Notes: a model not told the origin generated them from the sequence alone. 64,000 nucleotides of DNA from Sulfurospirillaceae bacterium (GCA_033723415.1 JAWVXD010000005.1:1-64000); one strand, 5' to 3'; shown: positions 20,019 through 30,720, counted from the first letter of the stretch. Numbers and translations: made by a program.

Positions 20019-20428
20019 AAAAATTTATTGTTTTATTGTTCATGATAGGAGTATGCCTACAAGCCAGTAATTTCAGAGACGGTATGATATCTTATCAAAA
20101 TGGAAATTTCAAAGATGCTGAGAGTTCATTTTTAAAAGCCATAGTAAAAGACAATTCTATACAAGCACATTTTATGTTGGGAAAGATGTATTTATACGGC
20201 GAAGGAATGCCTCCTCAAAGAGATAAAGCTATCAAATATCTGGAAATATCAGTAAATCAAGGTAATATAAGAGCAAAATGTTTTCTATCTGAAGCTTATC
20301 TCAAAAATAACACGAATCAAGACAAAGCTATTAGATTGTTAAAAGAAGGGCTTGGGAGGAACTTAAAAGAGTGCAAAAGAATTGCCAGAATATATAATAT
20401 AACAATAGAGAAAAAGGTCAACAAATGA
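20015..20428 (+). CDS. Exported Sel1/TPR-repeat protein
   Basis: Signal peptide; AHFMLGKMYLYGEGMPPQRDKAIKYL Sel1 repeat. Confidence 0.8.
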   Translation: MKKFIVLLFMIGVCLQASNFRDGMISYQNGNFKDAESSFLKAIVKDNSIQAHFMLGKMYLYGEGMPPQRDKAIKYLEISVNQGNIRAKCFLSEAYLKNNTNQDKAIRLLKEGLGRNLKECKRIARIYNITIEKKVNK

Positions 20429-23400
20429 AACTCAAAATGCAAAATACCCTAAAAATAATAGGTATGTACCCTATTTTAATTCTGTTTATATTTTCTTCAT
20501 ATTTTCTATATATCTCATATATAGAGTATAACAAGGCAATAAATTTTGAGAACAAACTGGTTTCAATCAAAGTACTTGATGATCTCTCTGAAAATATAGC
20601 TGCTGAGAGAGGACTTAGCTCAACATATATAGCCAGTAACGGGCATATTGCGAAAGAAGCCCTAATGCAGCAAAGATTGAATGTAAACAAAAGCATAAAA
20701 AGATTCTACAATTACTACAAGGTAAATAAGTCAAATGCAAACATAAAACAAATAATAAGTTTACTTAATCAAATCACTATAGTTAGAACAAGAATCAATT
20801 CGTTAAAAGATGTAGATTTCAATAAAATATTTTTCTCATTCTATTCTCAAATCAATAGATATATCTTGGACGAAGTCGGATCATTAAAAGATATCGTTAC
20901 AAATTCTAAAATCGTATCTCTAGAAACATCTTTAACAAATCTGTATAATGATATAGAATATACCGGTCAAGAAAGAGATTTTATCGCTAAAATAATAAGT
21001 CAATATGTGCCTTTTACAGATAATGACGTAAAAACATGGCTAAATATATCCAGTAAGACAAGTACATTTAACTACAGCAAAATAAAAGATCCTGTCTCAA
21101 AGATGAGAATTACTACGCTATTTAACTCAAGAGTCGATAAGAAAGTATTTGCTGATGTGTTGGATGCGAGAAAGGACATTGTTTTAGCCTCTCAAAGCGG
21201 TGAATACCTTATAGATCCTACTCTTTGGTTTAGTTTGATGACTAAAAAGATCAAACTTTTACAGCAAAGTTCGAGAATTATTCAACAATCACTCTCTTCA
21301 GAAATACAAAACTACAAGAATCAAAATATAGGACAATTGATTTCTGCAGGTGCAACATGGCTAATATCAATCGTATTTATGATTATGGGAATAATACTAT
21401 CAAAACAATTCAGAAGCAATATAGCAGGACTTGAGGGTGTATTTAAAAAAGTTGAAGAACTTGCGGAAACAAAACAAGAAGTTGACTTTAGCACATCTGA
21501 TGGTATGACTTCGGCATATCAGATAATAGATCAAGCAGTCGAGAATATTGCAAAAGAAAAAGATAATGCAAAAGAAGCAAGTGCTGCAAAAAGTATTTTC
21601 TTGGCAAATATGTCACATGAGATAAGAACTCCTCTAAATGGAATTATAGGCTTTACAGAGCTCTTAAAAAACAATGAACTGGATGGTGAAAGTAGAGAAT
21701 TTGTCGAGGTTATAGAAAAAAGTTCAGAAAATCTTTTGGAGATCATCAATAACATTCTAGATTTATCAAAGGTAGAAAGCAATAAAGTAGAGATAGATGA
21801 AATACTATTTTCTCCAATCAAAGAATTTGAAAATGCTATAGAAGTTTATGGACCTAAAGCATCTGAAAAAGGCATACACTTATCCTCTTATATTGATCCG
21901 AGCTTGTCCAACTATATAAAAGGCGACTCAACAAAGATAAAAGAAGTACTTATAAATCTTATGAGCAATGCAGTTAAATTTACTTCAGAAGACGGATATA
22001 TTACAACAGAGATCAAAAGGGTTGATACCCCATCGGCAGAGGGAAAAGTTAAAATTAATTTTAGTGTGCAAGATACCGGGATCGGTATAGAGAAAGATAA
22101 ATTAAAAGATATATTCAATGCATTTAGTCAGGCAGATTCAACGATAACTAGAAAATTTGGAGGAACAGGACTTGGTCTTACAATCTCATCAAAATATATA
22201 GAATTGATGGGTGGCACACTTGCTCTTGAAAGTGAGCAAGGAAAAGGAACTAAGTTTTATTTTACTCTTGAGTTTGAAGAATCTACATCAAGTGATAAAG
22301 ACTACAAAAATGGCTTTAAAGAGTACAGCTGTGCAATATTGTCTTCAACTGATTCACCAAAACCTCATAGTCAGTTCATATATAATTATTTTTCATATTT
22401 TGGTTCAGGTGTCAACTTTTACAATGATTTTGGAACTCTGAAAGATTTGATTTATAGATCCGGAAGCAATATCATAGTAGCTGACTATAGTGAAATCGGC
22501 GAGGAAGAATTGAATGAATACAAAAAAATAAAGCTTCCAATAATAATAATATTAAAATCGTCACAACAATCCAAATTTGATAAATTAAAAAGTAAATATA
22601 TCACACCTGTTTATGAACCGATAAATATGTCAAAAATCATAAAGATATTGGAAGCCAGTAAAGATATTTTACCTGTCAAAGAAGTTCCTGTCAAAATTAA
22701 ACCAAGTTTAGATTCAAAAACATTCGGTACAAAATTCAAAGCTAACATTCTGGTTGCAGAAGATAATGAAATAAATCAAAAACTTATAAAAAGAACTTTA
22801 GAAGATTTAGGCCTTAGTATTACGATAGCTGAAAATGGACTAAGAGCTTTTGAAATGAGAAAGAAAAACGACTATGATTTAATTTTTATGGATATTGCGA
22901 TGCCTGTGATGGATGGAGTAATAGCTACTCAAGAAATCTTAAAATATGAAAGTGAAAACAATCTCTCTCATGTGCCTATAGTTGCTATAACGGCAAATGC
23001 CCTCAAAGGCGATCGCGAAAGATTTATGAACGAAGGGCTAGATGAGTACATAACTAAACCTATAAAGAAAGAGAGCATTTTAAGTGTCCTTAATATGTTT
23101 ATTCATGATAAGATCGATTTGAGTGAAGAAGAAACAGTAAATACGGCAGAAGAAGAAAAACTAAAACCAATAGCCGATGAAGGATCTCTCAAGCAAGAAC
23201 AACCAACTGTGGAGCAAGAACCTTTAAATGAGCAAGAAGAAGTGATTGAAGATACAAAAAAAGAAGAAGCAAAAATCTTAGTTTTCAAGAAAAGTGTTAT
23301 TGAGTCAAAAATATTTGCAAGTATTATCTCAAAATCACACAAAAATGTTGATACGGCAAAAAGCATAGATGACTTTGAAGAGAAAATAAAAAATAAAATA

Positions 23401-23628
23401 TACAATCTAATTATTCTTGATAAAGAGATAGAAAAATTAAATTTATACGATCTAAGAAGTAATCTTGCAAAAATAAATACAGATTATGCATCTAGCAATA
23501 CTAAGTTGATATTATTTGCAGACTCTTCTACTCATATACCTGATGAAATCAAACCGTTGTATGATAATGTTGCATCTAATTCATTAAACAAACATGAATT
23601 AGAAATGCTTATAGAGCAAAATATATAA
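20425..23628 (+). CDS. Hybrid sensor histidine kinase with periplasmic NIT-like (nitrate/nitrite) domain
   Basis: TM-[AERGLSS...GQERD]-TM; H-box FLANMSHEIRTPLNG; N, G1 (DTGIG), F and G2 (GGTGLGL) boxes; receiver LIFMDIAMP; degenerate C-terminal receiver. Confidence 0.9.
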   Translation: MKLKMQNTLKIIGMYPILILFIFSSYFLYISYIEYNKAINFENKLVSIKVLDDLSENIAAERGLSSTYIASNGHIAKEALMQQRLNVNKSIKRFYNYYKVNKSNANIKQIISLLNQITIVRTRINSLKDVDFNKIFFSFYSQINRYILDEVGSLKDIVTNSKIVSLETSLTNLYNDIEYTGQERDFIAKIISQYVPFTDNDVKTWLNISSKTSTFNYSKIKDPVSKMRITTLFNSRVDKKVFADVLDARKDIVLASQSGEYLIDPTLWFSLMTKKIKLLQQSSRIIQQSLSSEIQNYKNQNIGQLISAGATWLISIVFMIMGIILSKQFRSNIAGLEGVFKKVEELAETKQEVDFSTSDGMTSAYQIIDQAVENIAKEKDNAKEASAAKSIFLANMSHEIRTPLNGIIGFTELLKNNELDGESREFVEVIEKSSENLLEIINNILDLSKVESNKVEIDEILFSPIKEFENAIEVYGPKASEKGIHLSSYIDPSLSNYIKGDSTKIKEVLINLMSNAVKFTSEDGYITTEIKRVDTPSAEGKVKINFSVQDTGIGIEKDKLKDIFNAFSQADSTITRKFGGTGLGLTISSKYIELMGGTLALESEQGKGTKFYFTLEFEESTSSDKDYKNGFKEYSCAILSSTDSPKPHSQFIYNYFSYFGSGVNFYNDFGTLKDLIYRSGSNIIVADYSEIGEEELNEYKKIKLPIIIILKSSQQSKFDKLKSKYITPVYEPINMSKIIKILEASKDILPVKEVPVKIKPSLDSKTFGTKFKANILVAEDNEINQKLIKRTLEDLGLSITIAENGLRAFEMRKKNDYDLIFMDIAMPVMDGVIATQEILKYESENNLSHVPIVAITANALKGDRERFMNEGLDEYITKPIKKESILSVLNMFIHDKIDLSEEETVNTAEEEKLKPIADEGSLKQEQPTVEQEPLNEQEEVIEDTKKEEAKILVFKKSVIESKIFASIISKSHKNVDTAKSIDDFEEKIKNKIYNLIILDKEIEKLNLYDLRSNLAKINTDYASSNTKLILFADSSTHIPDEIKPLYDNVASNSLNKHELEMLIEQNI

Positions 23629-23649
23629 GATATAAAAAGAGGAAAAAAA

Positions 23650-24030
23650 ATGAATGAAGGCTTAACGATTCTAGCCGTTGACGATGATATTATCAATCTA
23701 AAGTTGATTCATTCCATGCTCAAAAAGCATGATGACATTGGGCTTGTCATTGAAGCGACTAACGGATTAGATGCCTTGAATAAAGTGAAAGAAATAGATA
23801 ATATAGATTTAATCCTTCTGGACATAAAGATGCCGATCATGGACGGTATCGAATTTATGGAAAATATCTCTTTATTGCCGCAGAAGAATAAAATACCTAT
23901 AATTGTCCTTACGACTGATGAAACGATGAAACATCAATCGTTTGAAAGTGGAGCTTTTGATTTTTTGGTTAAGCCTATAAGAGAGCATGATCTATATGAA
24001 AAAATCCTAAAAGTAAAAAACCTACTTTAA
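23650..24030 (+). CDS. Single-domain response regulator
   Basis: AVDDD, LLDIKMPIMDG, FLVKP. Confidence 0.92.
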   Translation: MNEGLTILAVDDDIINLKLIHSMLKKHDDIGLVIEATNGLDALNKVKEIDNIDLILLDIKMPIMDGIEFMENISLLPQKNKIPIIVLTTDETMKHQSFESGAFDFLVKPIREHDLYEKILKVKNLL

Positions 24031-24044
24031 TTTACATTTAGGAT

Positions 24045-24656
24045 TTATTGTATAGCTTGAGTTATTTTTTCGTAAAGTGAGATTATTTCTTCCTTTTTTT
24101 CTACAAAACTATTTTTGTTAGCGATCAAGTATGCAGATGAATCCATAATAGTCTCAACAACTTTTAAACCATTTTGTTTCATTGTTGCTCCTGTGTCGAC
24201 TATGTCCACGATAGCATCGCTTAGTCCGACTAACGGTGCCAATTCTATAGATCCATATAATTTGATTATTTTCACTCCCATAGCTTTTTTAGAAAAATAC
24301 TTTTCAGTAATATTTGACATTTTTGTTGCTATTTTAATCTCAGGTAGTGAATAGTCTAGTTTTTTATCCTCTGCTATACCTACACACACCTTGCACTTTC
24401 CAATTCCTAAGTCTAACAATCTTATAAGATCTTCTTCTTTTTCCTCCAAGACATCAAGTCCGACAACACCTATATCTGCTGCTTGATGCAAAACATAAGA
24501 TGGAACATCTTGATTTCTTACTAATAAAAATTTAAACCCATCAGTTTCTAAGATAAGTTTTCTATCATCAAATCTAAAATCTTCTCCAAAAATCTTCTCA
24601 AAAATTTCCAAAGTTTCTTCTGCTATTCTTCCTTTTGGCAATGCAACACTTAACAT
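24045..24656 (-). CDS. hisG: ATP phosphoribosyltransferase, short form
   Basis: VALPKGRI, ATKM, GSIELAPLVGLSDAIVDIVDTGATM; 203 aa. Confidence 0.95.
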   Translation of the reverse strand: MLSVALPKGRIAEETLEIFEKIFGEDFRFDDRKLILETDGFKFLLVRNQDVPSYVLHQAADIGVVGLDVLEEKEEDLIRLLDLGIGKCKVCVGIAEDKKLDYSLPEIKIATKMSNITEKYFSKKAMGVKIIKLYGSIELAPLVGLSDAIVDIVDTGATMKQNGLKVVETIMDSSAYLIANKNSFVEKKEEIISLYEKITQAIQ

Positions 24657-25270
24657 AAATTTTCCTCTATTGTTTTTTTCATTCCTCTAAATATAAGTGT
24701 TCTATCAAAAATAGAATTTTTAAAATATTTGGAAAAAAATTTACCGTCCCCACCTGTAAAGTATATTTTTTTATCTTTACACGTATCTTTTATAATCATC
24801 AAAATAGGTTTTATTACTCCATAAGAGAGTGCATCTACCGTCTTTTGAGGCAAAGCATCCAAATCAATATTTGGGTTTAATTTAAATTTCAACCTAGGAG
24901 AAATATTTGCAAAACATTTTTCATAAGATGACAATCCCGGCAGAATAAACCCACCCAAATGCTGAGAATTTGACACAATATCAACGGTAATAGCGCTTCC
25001 TGCATCAATAACTATACCATCTTTTATAGCTGTACAAGCTGCGATTCTATCTACACCTAAACCCTGGTATATAGTATCAAATTGAAAATACGATTCCAAA
25101 TTTACAAAGTTAGAATTTGCCTGAAGTTTTTTTGTTATATTCTCATTTACACTAATAAAGTAAATTTTATCTTTCGCTTTATAATTTTCAAACTCTTCTA
25201 AACTAACCGTCCATACTTTCCCATCGTTGAAAAAGTCAACATTTGAATTACCGATATCACAAAGTATCAT
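24650..25270 (-). CDS. coaX: Type III pantothenate kinase
   Basis: CDIGNS, LGVDR, IDAGSAITVD, GGFILPG, TGGDG. Confidence 0.92.
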   Translation of the reverse strand: MILCDIGNSNVDFFNDGKVWTVSLEEFENYKAKDKIYFISVNENITKKLQANSNFVNLESYFQFDTIYQGLGVDRIAACTAIKDGIVIDAGSAITVDIVSNSQHLGGFILPGLSSYEKCFANISPRLKFKLNPNIDLDALPQKTVDALSYGVIKPILMIIKDTCKDKKIYFTGGDGKFFSKYFKNSIFDRTLIFRGMKKTIEENLC

Positions 25271-25598
25271 GACTCACCTCAAAAACTCTCCATTGATTTT
25301 CTATCAGATATTTTTTTGCATGAGAACAAAAAGGAGAACCAATAATTAAATACTTATGTTTATAAGAATGTTTTTTATAAGATTCAAGCCTTTGTTCAAG
25401 CTCGATGATTTCAGCGGCATTTTTTACAACGAACCTGCTTTTTTGATTTACAACAAATATTGTTCCATAAAAACTCTTTTCGTTGACTCCACTATATATT
25501 TCTAGTTTTTTTCGACTCTTAAGCAAAGTTGGATCAATCTTCTCAAGCACCCTAAAAACTATCTTTTTAATAGCTAAAAAATCTAAAATATTTTTCAA
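25257..25598 (-). CDS. Conserved hypothetical protein
   Basis: Tightly packed in the operon, overlapping coaX; TTG start. Confidence 0.7.
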   Translation of the reverse strand: MKNILDFLAIKKIVFRVLEKIDPTLLKSRKKLEIYSGVNEKSFYGTIFVVNQKSRFVVKNAAEIIELEQRLESYKKHSYKHKYLIIGSPFCSHAKKYLIENQWRVFEVSHDTL

Positions 25599-25600
25599 TC

Positions 25601-26611
25601 TTACCTCTTGTGAGATAATCTAAAATATTTATCTTTATAGTAAAATTCATCTTTTGTAAAATATAAATACGTGCTAATCTCATCAGGTATTTTGTATACA
25701 TTTGCCGAGATCAAATCAATATCTGTTGCTATCAGATATCCTCCTCTCTCTATCATATATATGTATTTACCGTATATAACTCCTGAAAAAATTGCAAAAG
25801 TAAATTTCTTCCTTTTTAGAACTTTAAGATCTTCATTTGCCAATATAACAGTACCGTCATTTGTAAATACAAAGATTCTACCTTTTAAAACGATCACATC
25901 TTTTACATTTTCATCTAACGTTGACATTGTTTTCGGACTTATAGAAACTACTCTTTTATTTGTAGCAGCCACCAGACGATTTCCTAAAACTCCCAGATAT
26001 ATGACGTTACCAAAGAACTTTTCATCACTAATAACAATATTTCTGATAACTTTTTTACTCTTAGAGTCTACTATCAACAATCTTCCGTCTAATGTCGGAT
26101 ATATGATAAGGCTATCTAAAAAATATGGAGCGGCTATTCTTGAATCAAGAGCATATACATCGTCTTGCTGTAAGTTCAATTCTATTTTATCGGTTTTCAT
26201 ATCTAAAAGCACAATAGCATTAGAAGACAATACAAGTGCTATCTTAGAGCCTTTTAACACTGCTGAAGCGATAGAGTTGTCAAATTTTCTTTTATATATA
26301 ATTTTTGAATTTTTATCTACAACGATCAACTCTCCGCACTTTGATGTAGCCAAATATCTGCCGTTATCGTCATTTAAAAATACATACCCTGCAGGTAGTT
26401 TTACATTTTGAAGACCGTCTTTTGTTATGATCTGTCCGTTTTTCAGGGTAGCTCCGCTTCGTGTCACGTCTACTAATTCTGAAGGAAGACTTCCGTCATA
26501 ATGAATACTATAAGAGATATCTTTTGGTTCAAAATTTTGTCTTTTAGTTCCGCATCCACCTAGCAACAAAATACTCAAAGATATTAAAACCGTAAAGTAT
26601 AAAGTTCTCAT
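25601..26611 (-). CDS. Beta-propeller lipoprotein (BamB/PQQ-like)
   Basis: Lipobox LGGC; repeated beta-strand blades (PTLDGRLLIVD, FTNDGTVIL). Confidence 0.7.
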   Translation of the reverse strand: MRTLYFTVLISLSILLLGGCGTKRQNFEPKDISYSIHYDGSLPSELVDVTRSGATLKNGQIITKDGLQNVKLPAGYVFLNDDNGRYLATSKCGELIVVDKNSKIIYKRKFDNSIASAVLKGSKIALVLSSNAIVLLDMKTDKIELNLQQDDVYALDSRIAAPYFLDSLIIYPTLDGRLLIVDSKSKKVIRNIVISDEKFFGNVIYLGVLGNRLVAATNKRVVSISPKTMSTLDENVKDVIVLKGRIFVFTNDGTVILANEDLKVLKRKKFTFAIFSGVIYGKYIYMIERGGYLIATDIDLISANVYKIPDEISTYLYFTKDEFYYKDKYFRLSHKR

Positions 26612-27192
26612 TTGCTTTTCACCTGATAGTGTTCTAGATTTTTAACAATATCAGCTAAGGGAGAATTAGGATCAATTTGTGCAAATTTTAACTCAGCTTC
26701 AGTTTGTTTTCCTTGTTTTAAAAGATCAAATCCATCTTCAAGAAGCACAAATCCATTCAAAAGATCACTTTTAACATCTTTTGTATTTTTCATTTGTGCT
26801 AACTCATAACTAGCCAGATCAGACAAGAACTGATTGTTCTTGTCTTCTGATAATTTTTGTAAGGTTGCTGTATCTTTCTTTTTTAATGCTTCTTGAAATA
26901 AAAATACAGAATATAGACTCGGATTTTTATCTTTCAGTGTACTTAAAGCTTCTGAATCATTAGGTGTTTTGATCAATTTTTCATAAGCTTGGTTTGAAAT
27001 TTTCAAGTTTCTATTCTTTATGATATTTGTTGCGGTATAACCCACAGCAACTATTACTATCAATATAGCGCCGGAAAAAATATATTTTTTATATTTTTTA
27101 TAAAATCGCTCTCCCTTTATGATACTCTCTAAAAATTGTTCTTCGGCACCTATTTCTTCTTTGATGCTTTGTAAATTTTCTTTCAAACTCAA
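26608..27192 (-). CDS. Membrane-anchored TPR-like protein (YfgM-like)
   Basis: Likely TTG start after SD AAGGA (MSLKENLQSIKEEI...), single TM after a Lys-rich patch, helical remainder. Confidence 0.65.
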   Translation of the reverse strand: MSLKENLQSIKEEIGAEEQFLESIIKGERFYKKYKKYIFSGAILIVIVAVGYTATNIIKNRNLKISNQAYEKLIKTPNDSEALSTLKDKNPSLYSVFLFQEALKKKDTATLQKLSEDKNNQFLSDLASYELAQMKNTKDVKSDLLNGFVLLEDGFDLLKQGKQTEAELKFAQIDPNSPLADIVKNLEHYQVKSK

Positions 27193-27318
27193 ATTAAATC
27201 CTTTTAGTCTAATTATAGGTCGGTATTTTATCATATAATATATAAATTATCTCTTTGCCAATAATTTTTGATATAATGCTGAAAAATATAATAAATCAAT
27301 AGTAAATTAGGATTTGAC

Positions 27319-27609
27319 ATGCAAATTGACGATAACTTGTTGACGAAATTAGAAAATTTATCTGCACTGAAGATAGACGACAGTAAAAGAGCTGAAATCA
27401 TTTCTGAACTTAGCGAGATAGTGCAATTCGTTGAAATATTAAATGAATTAAATCTTGATAAAGAAGAGGCTACATTTACGACTTTAGCAGGAGGAACGCC
27501 TTTTAGAGAAGATACTCCTTTTGTAAATCCTGAGATCATAGAAACTATTTTAGACAATGCACCAAAAAGCCAAGATGGATATTTTGTCGTTCCAAAAATT
27601 ATAGAATAG
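27319..27609 (+). CDS. gatC: Asp/Glu-tRNA amidotransferase subunit C
   Basis: KLENLSAL, FRED, NAP...GYFVVPKIIE. Confidence 0.93.
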   Translation: MQIDDNLLTKLENLSALKIDDSKRAEIISELSEIVQFVEILNELNLDKEEATFTTLAGGTPFREDTPFVNPEIIETILDNAPKSQDGYFVVPKIIE

Positions 27610-27618
27610 GAAAACACT

Positions 27619-28677
27619 ATGAATATAAAATCTCTACTAAAAAATATTGTTAATTACAAAGCATCTGATTTGCACATAGTTAGTAGAAGCGAACCTCAGA
27701 TAAGGATTGACGGTACCCTAGTTCCACTAGATATGGAAAAGCTGACTGGTGTAGTAATAGAAGAGATGTGCTACTCTCTTCTAAGTGACAGACAAAAAAA
27801 ATCTTTAGAAGAAGAAAAAGAGTTGGATTTTGCAATTGAATTTCCGGATATAGGTCGTTTTCGTGCAAACTATTACTATACTATGAACGGAGAATTGGCT
27901 GCTGCTTTTAGGATAATCCCTATCGAAATTCCATCTTTAGATGATTTAAAAACACCACCGATATTTAAAGACTTGGTTAAAAGAGAAAAGGGTCTGATCT
28001 TAGTAACAGGACCTACAGGAAGCGGAAAATCAACTACTCTTGCAGCCTTACTAAATGAAATCAACATAACAGAAAATAAACATATCATAACAATAGAAGA
28101 CCCTGTTGAATTTGTACATCAAAATAAAAAATCTCTTTTTTCCCATAGAAATGTAGGTACAGATACGAAAAGTTTTGCTAGAGGATTAAAATTTTCCTTG
28201 CGTGAAGATCCGGATGTGATTCTAGTAGGTGAAATCAGAGACCAAGAAACGATAAGCACAGCTATAACTGCAGCAGAAACCGGGCATCTCGTTTTTGCGA
28301 CGCTACATACTAACTCAGCTGTACAAACTATAAATAGAATAGTTGACAGTTTTGAGGGAGCTGAACAAATTCAAGTAAGGAACATGCTCTCAACTTCTCT
28401 TTATGCCGTTGTTTCTCAAAGTTTATTGCCAAAAGTCGGCAGTGGCAGGATTGCGATACATGAGATTTTGATCAATAATTCAGCTATTTCAAATCTTATT
28501 AGAGAAAATAAATTGCATCAAATTTACTCACAAATGCAGTTAAACCAACAAAAAACAGGCATGATAACACAAACACAATCTTTATTGAAAAACTTAAATG
28601 CGAAGACTATTACTAAAGACAGCGCAATAAGATATTCTACACAAACACAAGAATTAATGAATAGCATGGGAATTTAA
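27619..28677 (+). CDS. pilT: Type IV pilus retraction ATPase
   Basis: ASDLH, GPTGSGKSTT, TIEDPVE, LREDPDVILVGEIRD, AETGHLVFATLHT, AISNLIRE. Confidence 0.92.
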   Translation: MNIKSLLKNIVNYKASDLHIVSRSEPQIRIDGTLVPLDMEKLTGVVIEEMCYSLLSDRQKKSLEEEKELDFAIEFPDIGRFRANYYYTMNGELAAAFRIIPIEIPSLDDLKTPPIFKDLVKREKGLILVTGPTGSGKSTTLAALLNEINITENKHIITIEDPVEFVHQNKKSLFSHRNVGTDTKSFARGLKFSLREDPDVILVGEIRDQETISTAITAAETGHLVFATLHTNSAVQTINRIVDSFEGAEQIQVRNMLSTSLYAVVSQSLLPKVGSGRIAIHEILINNSAISNLIRENKLHQIYSQMQLNQQKTGMITQTQSLLKNLNAKTITKDSAIRYSTQTQELMNSMGI

Positions 28678-28743
28678 TGCATTTAACAATATCACAGCAT
28701 AATAGAGATATAATAAAAAATATCCTTTGGAGTATAAAAAGTT

Positions 28744-29688
28744 ATGAACAAGAATAATCAAGTTGCAGACAAGGTAACTAAAATTGGGCAAGACACATTT
28801 CATAAGTTAGAGAAGCTTAACATTCCTCCGTATCCTAAATATTATCATGAAACTTTCATGGACTTACTTTTAAATAGAGAAAATAATGATATCCTTGATA
28901 TATCTAAAAAATACAAATATCTATTTTCTATTGACGATACCGATGCAAATTTAAAAGAAGCCTGTTTAGATATAACTAGAGAGAGTATAAAAGAATTTGA
29001 AAAATCAAATCTAAATTTAAAAAATATATCACATGACAACATTATAGATATTGATGAGATCAAAAAAGAACCAAATGGATTAGATGCCACAAAAATACTA
29101 AATAGCTTTGATATTTTTCAAAAACAAGTCTTGACAGAACTTGAAAACGCTGATAAAACCATTACCGGGCTAAAACTTGAAATTGAAAAATTAGAGAGAG
29201 AATCAAATATAGATCCATTAACAAAAATATACAACAGAAGATCGTTAAATAAAGATTTGGAAGAGATCTTAGAAGCAGGCTTGGACAAGGTTCTAGATCT
29301 ACAGATCATATTATTTGATGCAGATGACTTTAAAAAGATCAATGATACTTTTGGACATATCGCTGGCGACAAGACTTTGATATTCTTAACAAGATTGATA
29401 CAAAGTTCAATCAGAAGCGGAATAAAAGTATATAGATTCGGCGGTGAAGAATTTGTAGTTATCCTAAATCGATCTACAGATGAGAATGGGATAAGAATAA
29501 CAGAACGTATAATCAAAAATGCCGATGAAAGCAAACTTTTATACAAAGGAAATACGATTCACCTGACAATAAGCGCAGGAATAACCAGCCATATAAAAGG
29601 TGATAGTACAGAGAGTATACTTGCAAGAGCGGATCAAGCATTGTATGAAGCCAAATTGTGTGGCAAAAATTGTTGTAAGGCTGGTTAA
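28744..29688 (+). CDS. Soluble diguanylate cyclase
   Basis: DPLT, DADDFKKINDTFGHIAGD, RFGGEEF. Confidence 0.92.
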   Translation: MNKNNQVADKVTKIGQDTFHKLEKLNIPPYPKYYHETFMDLLLNRENNDILDISKKYKYLFSIDDTDANLKEACLDITRESIKEFEKSNLNLKNISHDNIIDIDEIKKEPNGLDATKILNSFDIFQKQVLTELENADKTITGLKLEIEKLERESNIDPLTKIYNRRSLNKDLEEILEAGLDKVLDLQIILFDADDFKKINDTFGHIAGDKTLIFLTRLIQSSIRSGIKVYRFGGEEFVVILNRSTDENGIRITERIIKNADESKLLYKGNTIHLTISAGITSHIKGDSTESILARADQALYEAKLCGKNCCKAG

Positions 29689-29692
29689 TCAA

Positions 29693-30238
29693 ATGGAACA
29701 CATATCACTTTTTGACATAATATCTCTATCTTTAATATTAATACTAGGTATTAAAGGTGTTATCAATGGTTTTATCAAAGAAGTTTTTGGTTTAGTCGGT
29801 ATAGTCGGTGGTATTTATATTGCAACAAGATTTGCACAATCTACAGGTTTTTTCATAGACAAACATATTTATGCTTTTGAGAATAAGGCATCATTATATC
29901 TGATTGGATTTATCGCTACTTTATTGTTATTTTGGGTGTTGAGTATCTTCATTGGATATATACTGTCACATCTTTTAAAGATAAGCGGCTTGAGTGGATT
30001 AGACAAATTAGCCGGATTTGTAGTCGGAAGCTTGAAGATATTTTTAGTTTTTTCAATCCTTGCAATTGCTTTGACAAATGTTGAATTTGTTAGAACAAGA
30101 ATCCAAAAATACATGGACAAAAGTTTTATGTATCCAATTTTCTTAGAAACCGGAAAATATATCGTTAAACTGAATACAAATGAAGTCGTAGATACAATAA
30201 CCGGTTCAAAAGATAAAAATATATCATCTAAGCAATAA
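29693..30238 (+). CDS. cvpA: CvpA family membrane protein
   Basis: Start trimmed to ATG 29693; FDII...[15 protein letters not shown]; upstream of fur. Confidence 0.85.
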   Translation: MEHISLFDIISLSLILILGIKGVINGFIKEVFGLVGIVGGIYIATRFAQSTGFFIDKHIYAFENKASLYLIGFIATLLLFWVLSIFIGYILSHLLKISGLSGLDKLAGFVVGSLKIFLVFSILAIALTNVEFVRTRIQKYMDKSFMYPIFLETGKYIVKLNTNEVVDTITGSKDKNISSKQ

Positions 30239-30243
30239 ACTCT

Positions 30244-30720
30244 ATGAATTCTATGGAAAATATTGAATACGATCGTCTCATAGAAGAATTTAAAGACGTT
30301 TTGAAAAAAAACTTATTGAAATTCACCAGACAAAGAGAGATAGTTATACAAACTCTTTACAATTTTCCTGAACATTTTTCACCTGAAGAGCTTTATATGC
30401 TGATAAAAAGCAATCATCCAAAATTAAACATTGGTATTGCAACGATATATAGAACTTTAAATTTGTTGGAAGATTCAAATATAGTAACTTCTCTGTCATT
30501 TGGACAAGCAGGTAAAAAATTTGAGTTGGCAAATAAACCGCATCATGATCATTTGATCTGTAAGAACTGTGGTTTGATCATAGAATTTGAGGATAAAGAT
30601 ATTGAAAAGAAACAAGAAAAAATAGCTGAAACAAATGGCTTTAAGTTGACCGGACATATCATGCAGCTATATGGTATATGTACAAAATGTCTAAGCAGAA
30701 CAAAAACAAAAAATAAATAA
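30244..30720 (+). CDS. fur: Ferric uptake regulator
   Basis: [28 protein letters not shown]; fur-lysS-glyA order. Confidence 0.93.
   Translation: MNSMENIEYDRLIEEFKDVLKKNLLKFTRQREIVIQTLYNFPEHFSPEELYMLIKSNHPKLNIGIATIYRTLNLLEDSNIVTSLSFGQAGKKFELANKPHHDHLICKNCGLIIEFEDKDIEKKQEKIAETNGFKLTGHIMQLYGICTKCLSRTKTKNK

Noticed and set aside
25671..26411. 246-aa plus-strand ORF
   Set aside because: Antisense shadow of the beta-propeller lipoprotein gene; no recognisable motifs.
27231..27617. 128-aa minus-strand ORF
   Set aside because: Antisense shadow of gatC.
29600..29692. N-terminal extension of cvpA given by the ORF track
   Set aside because: Overlaps the GGDEF gene; CvpA-like sequence starts at ATG 29693.
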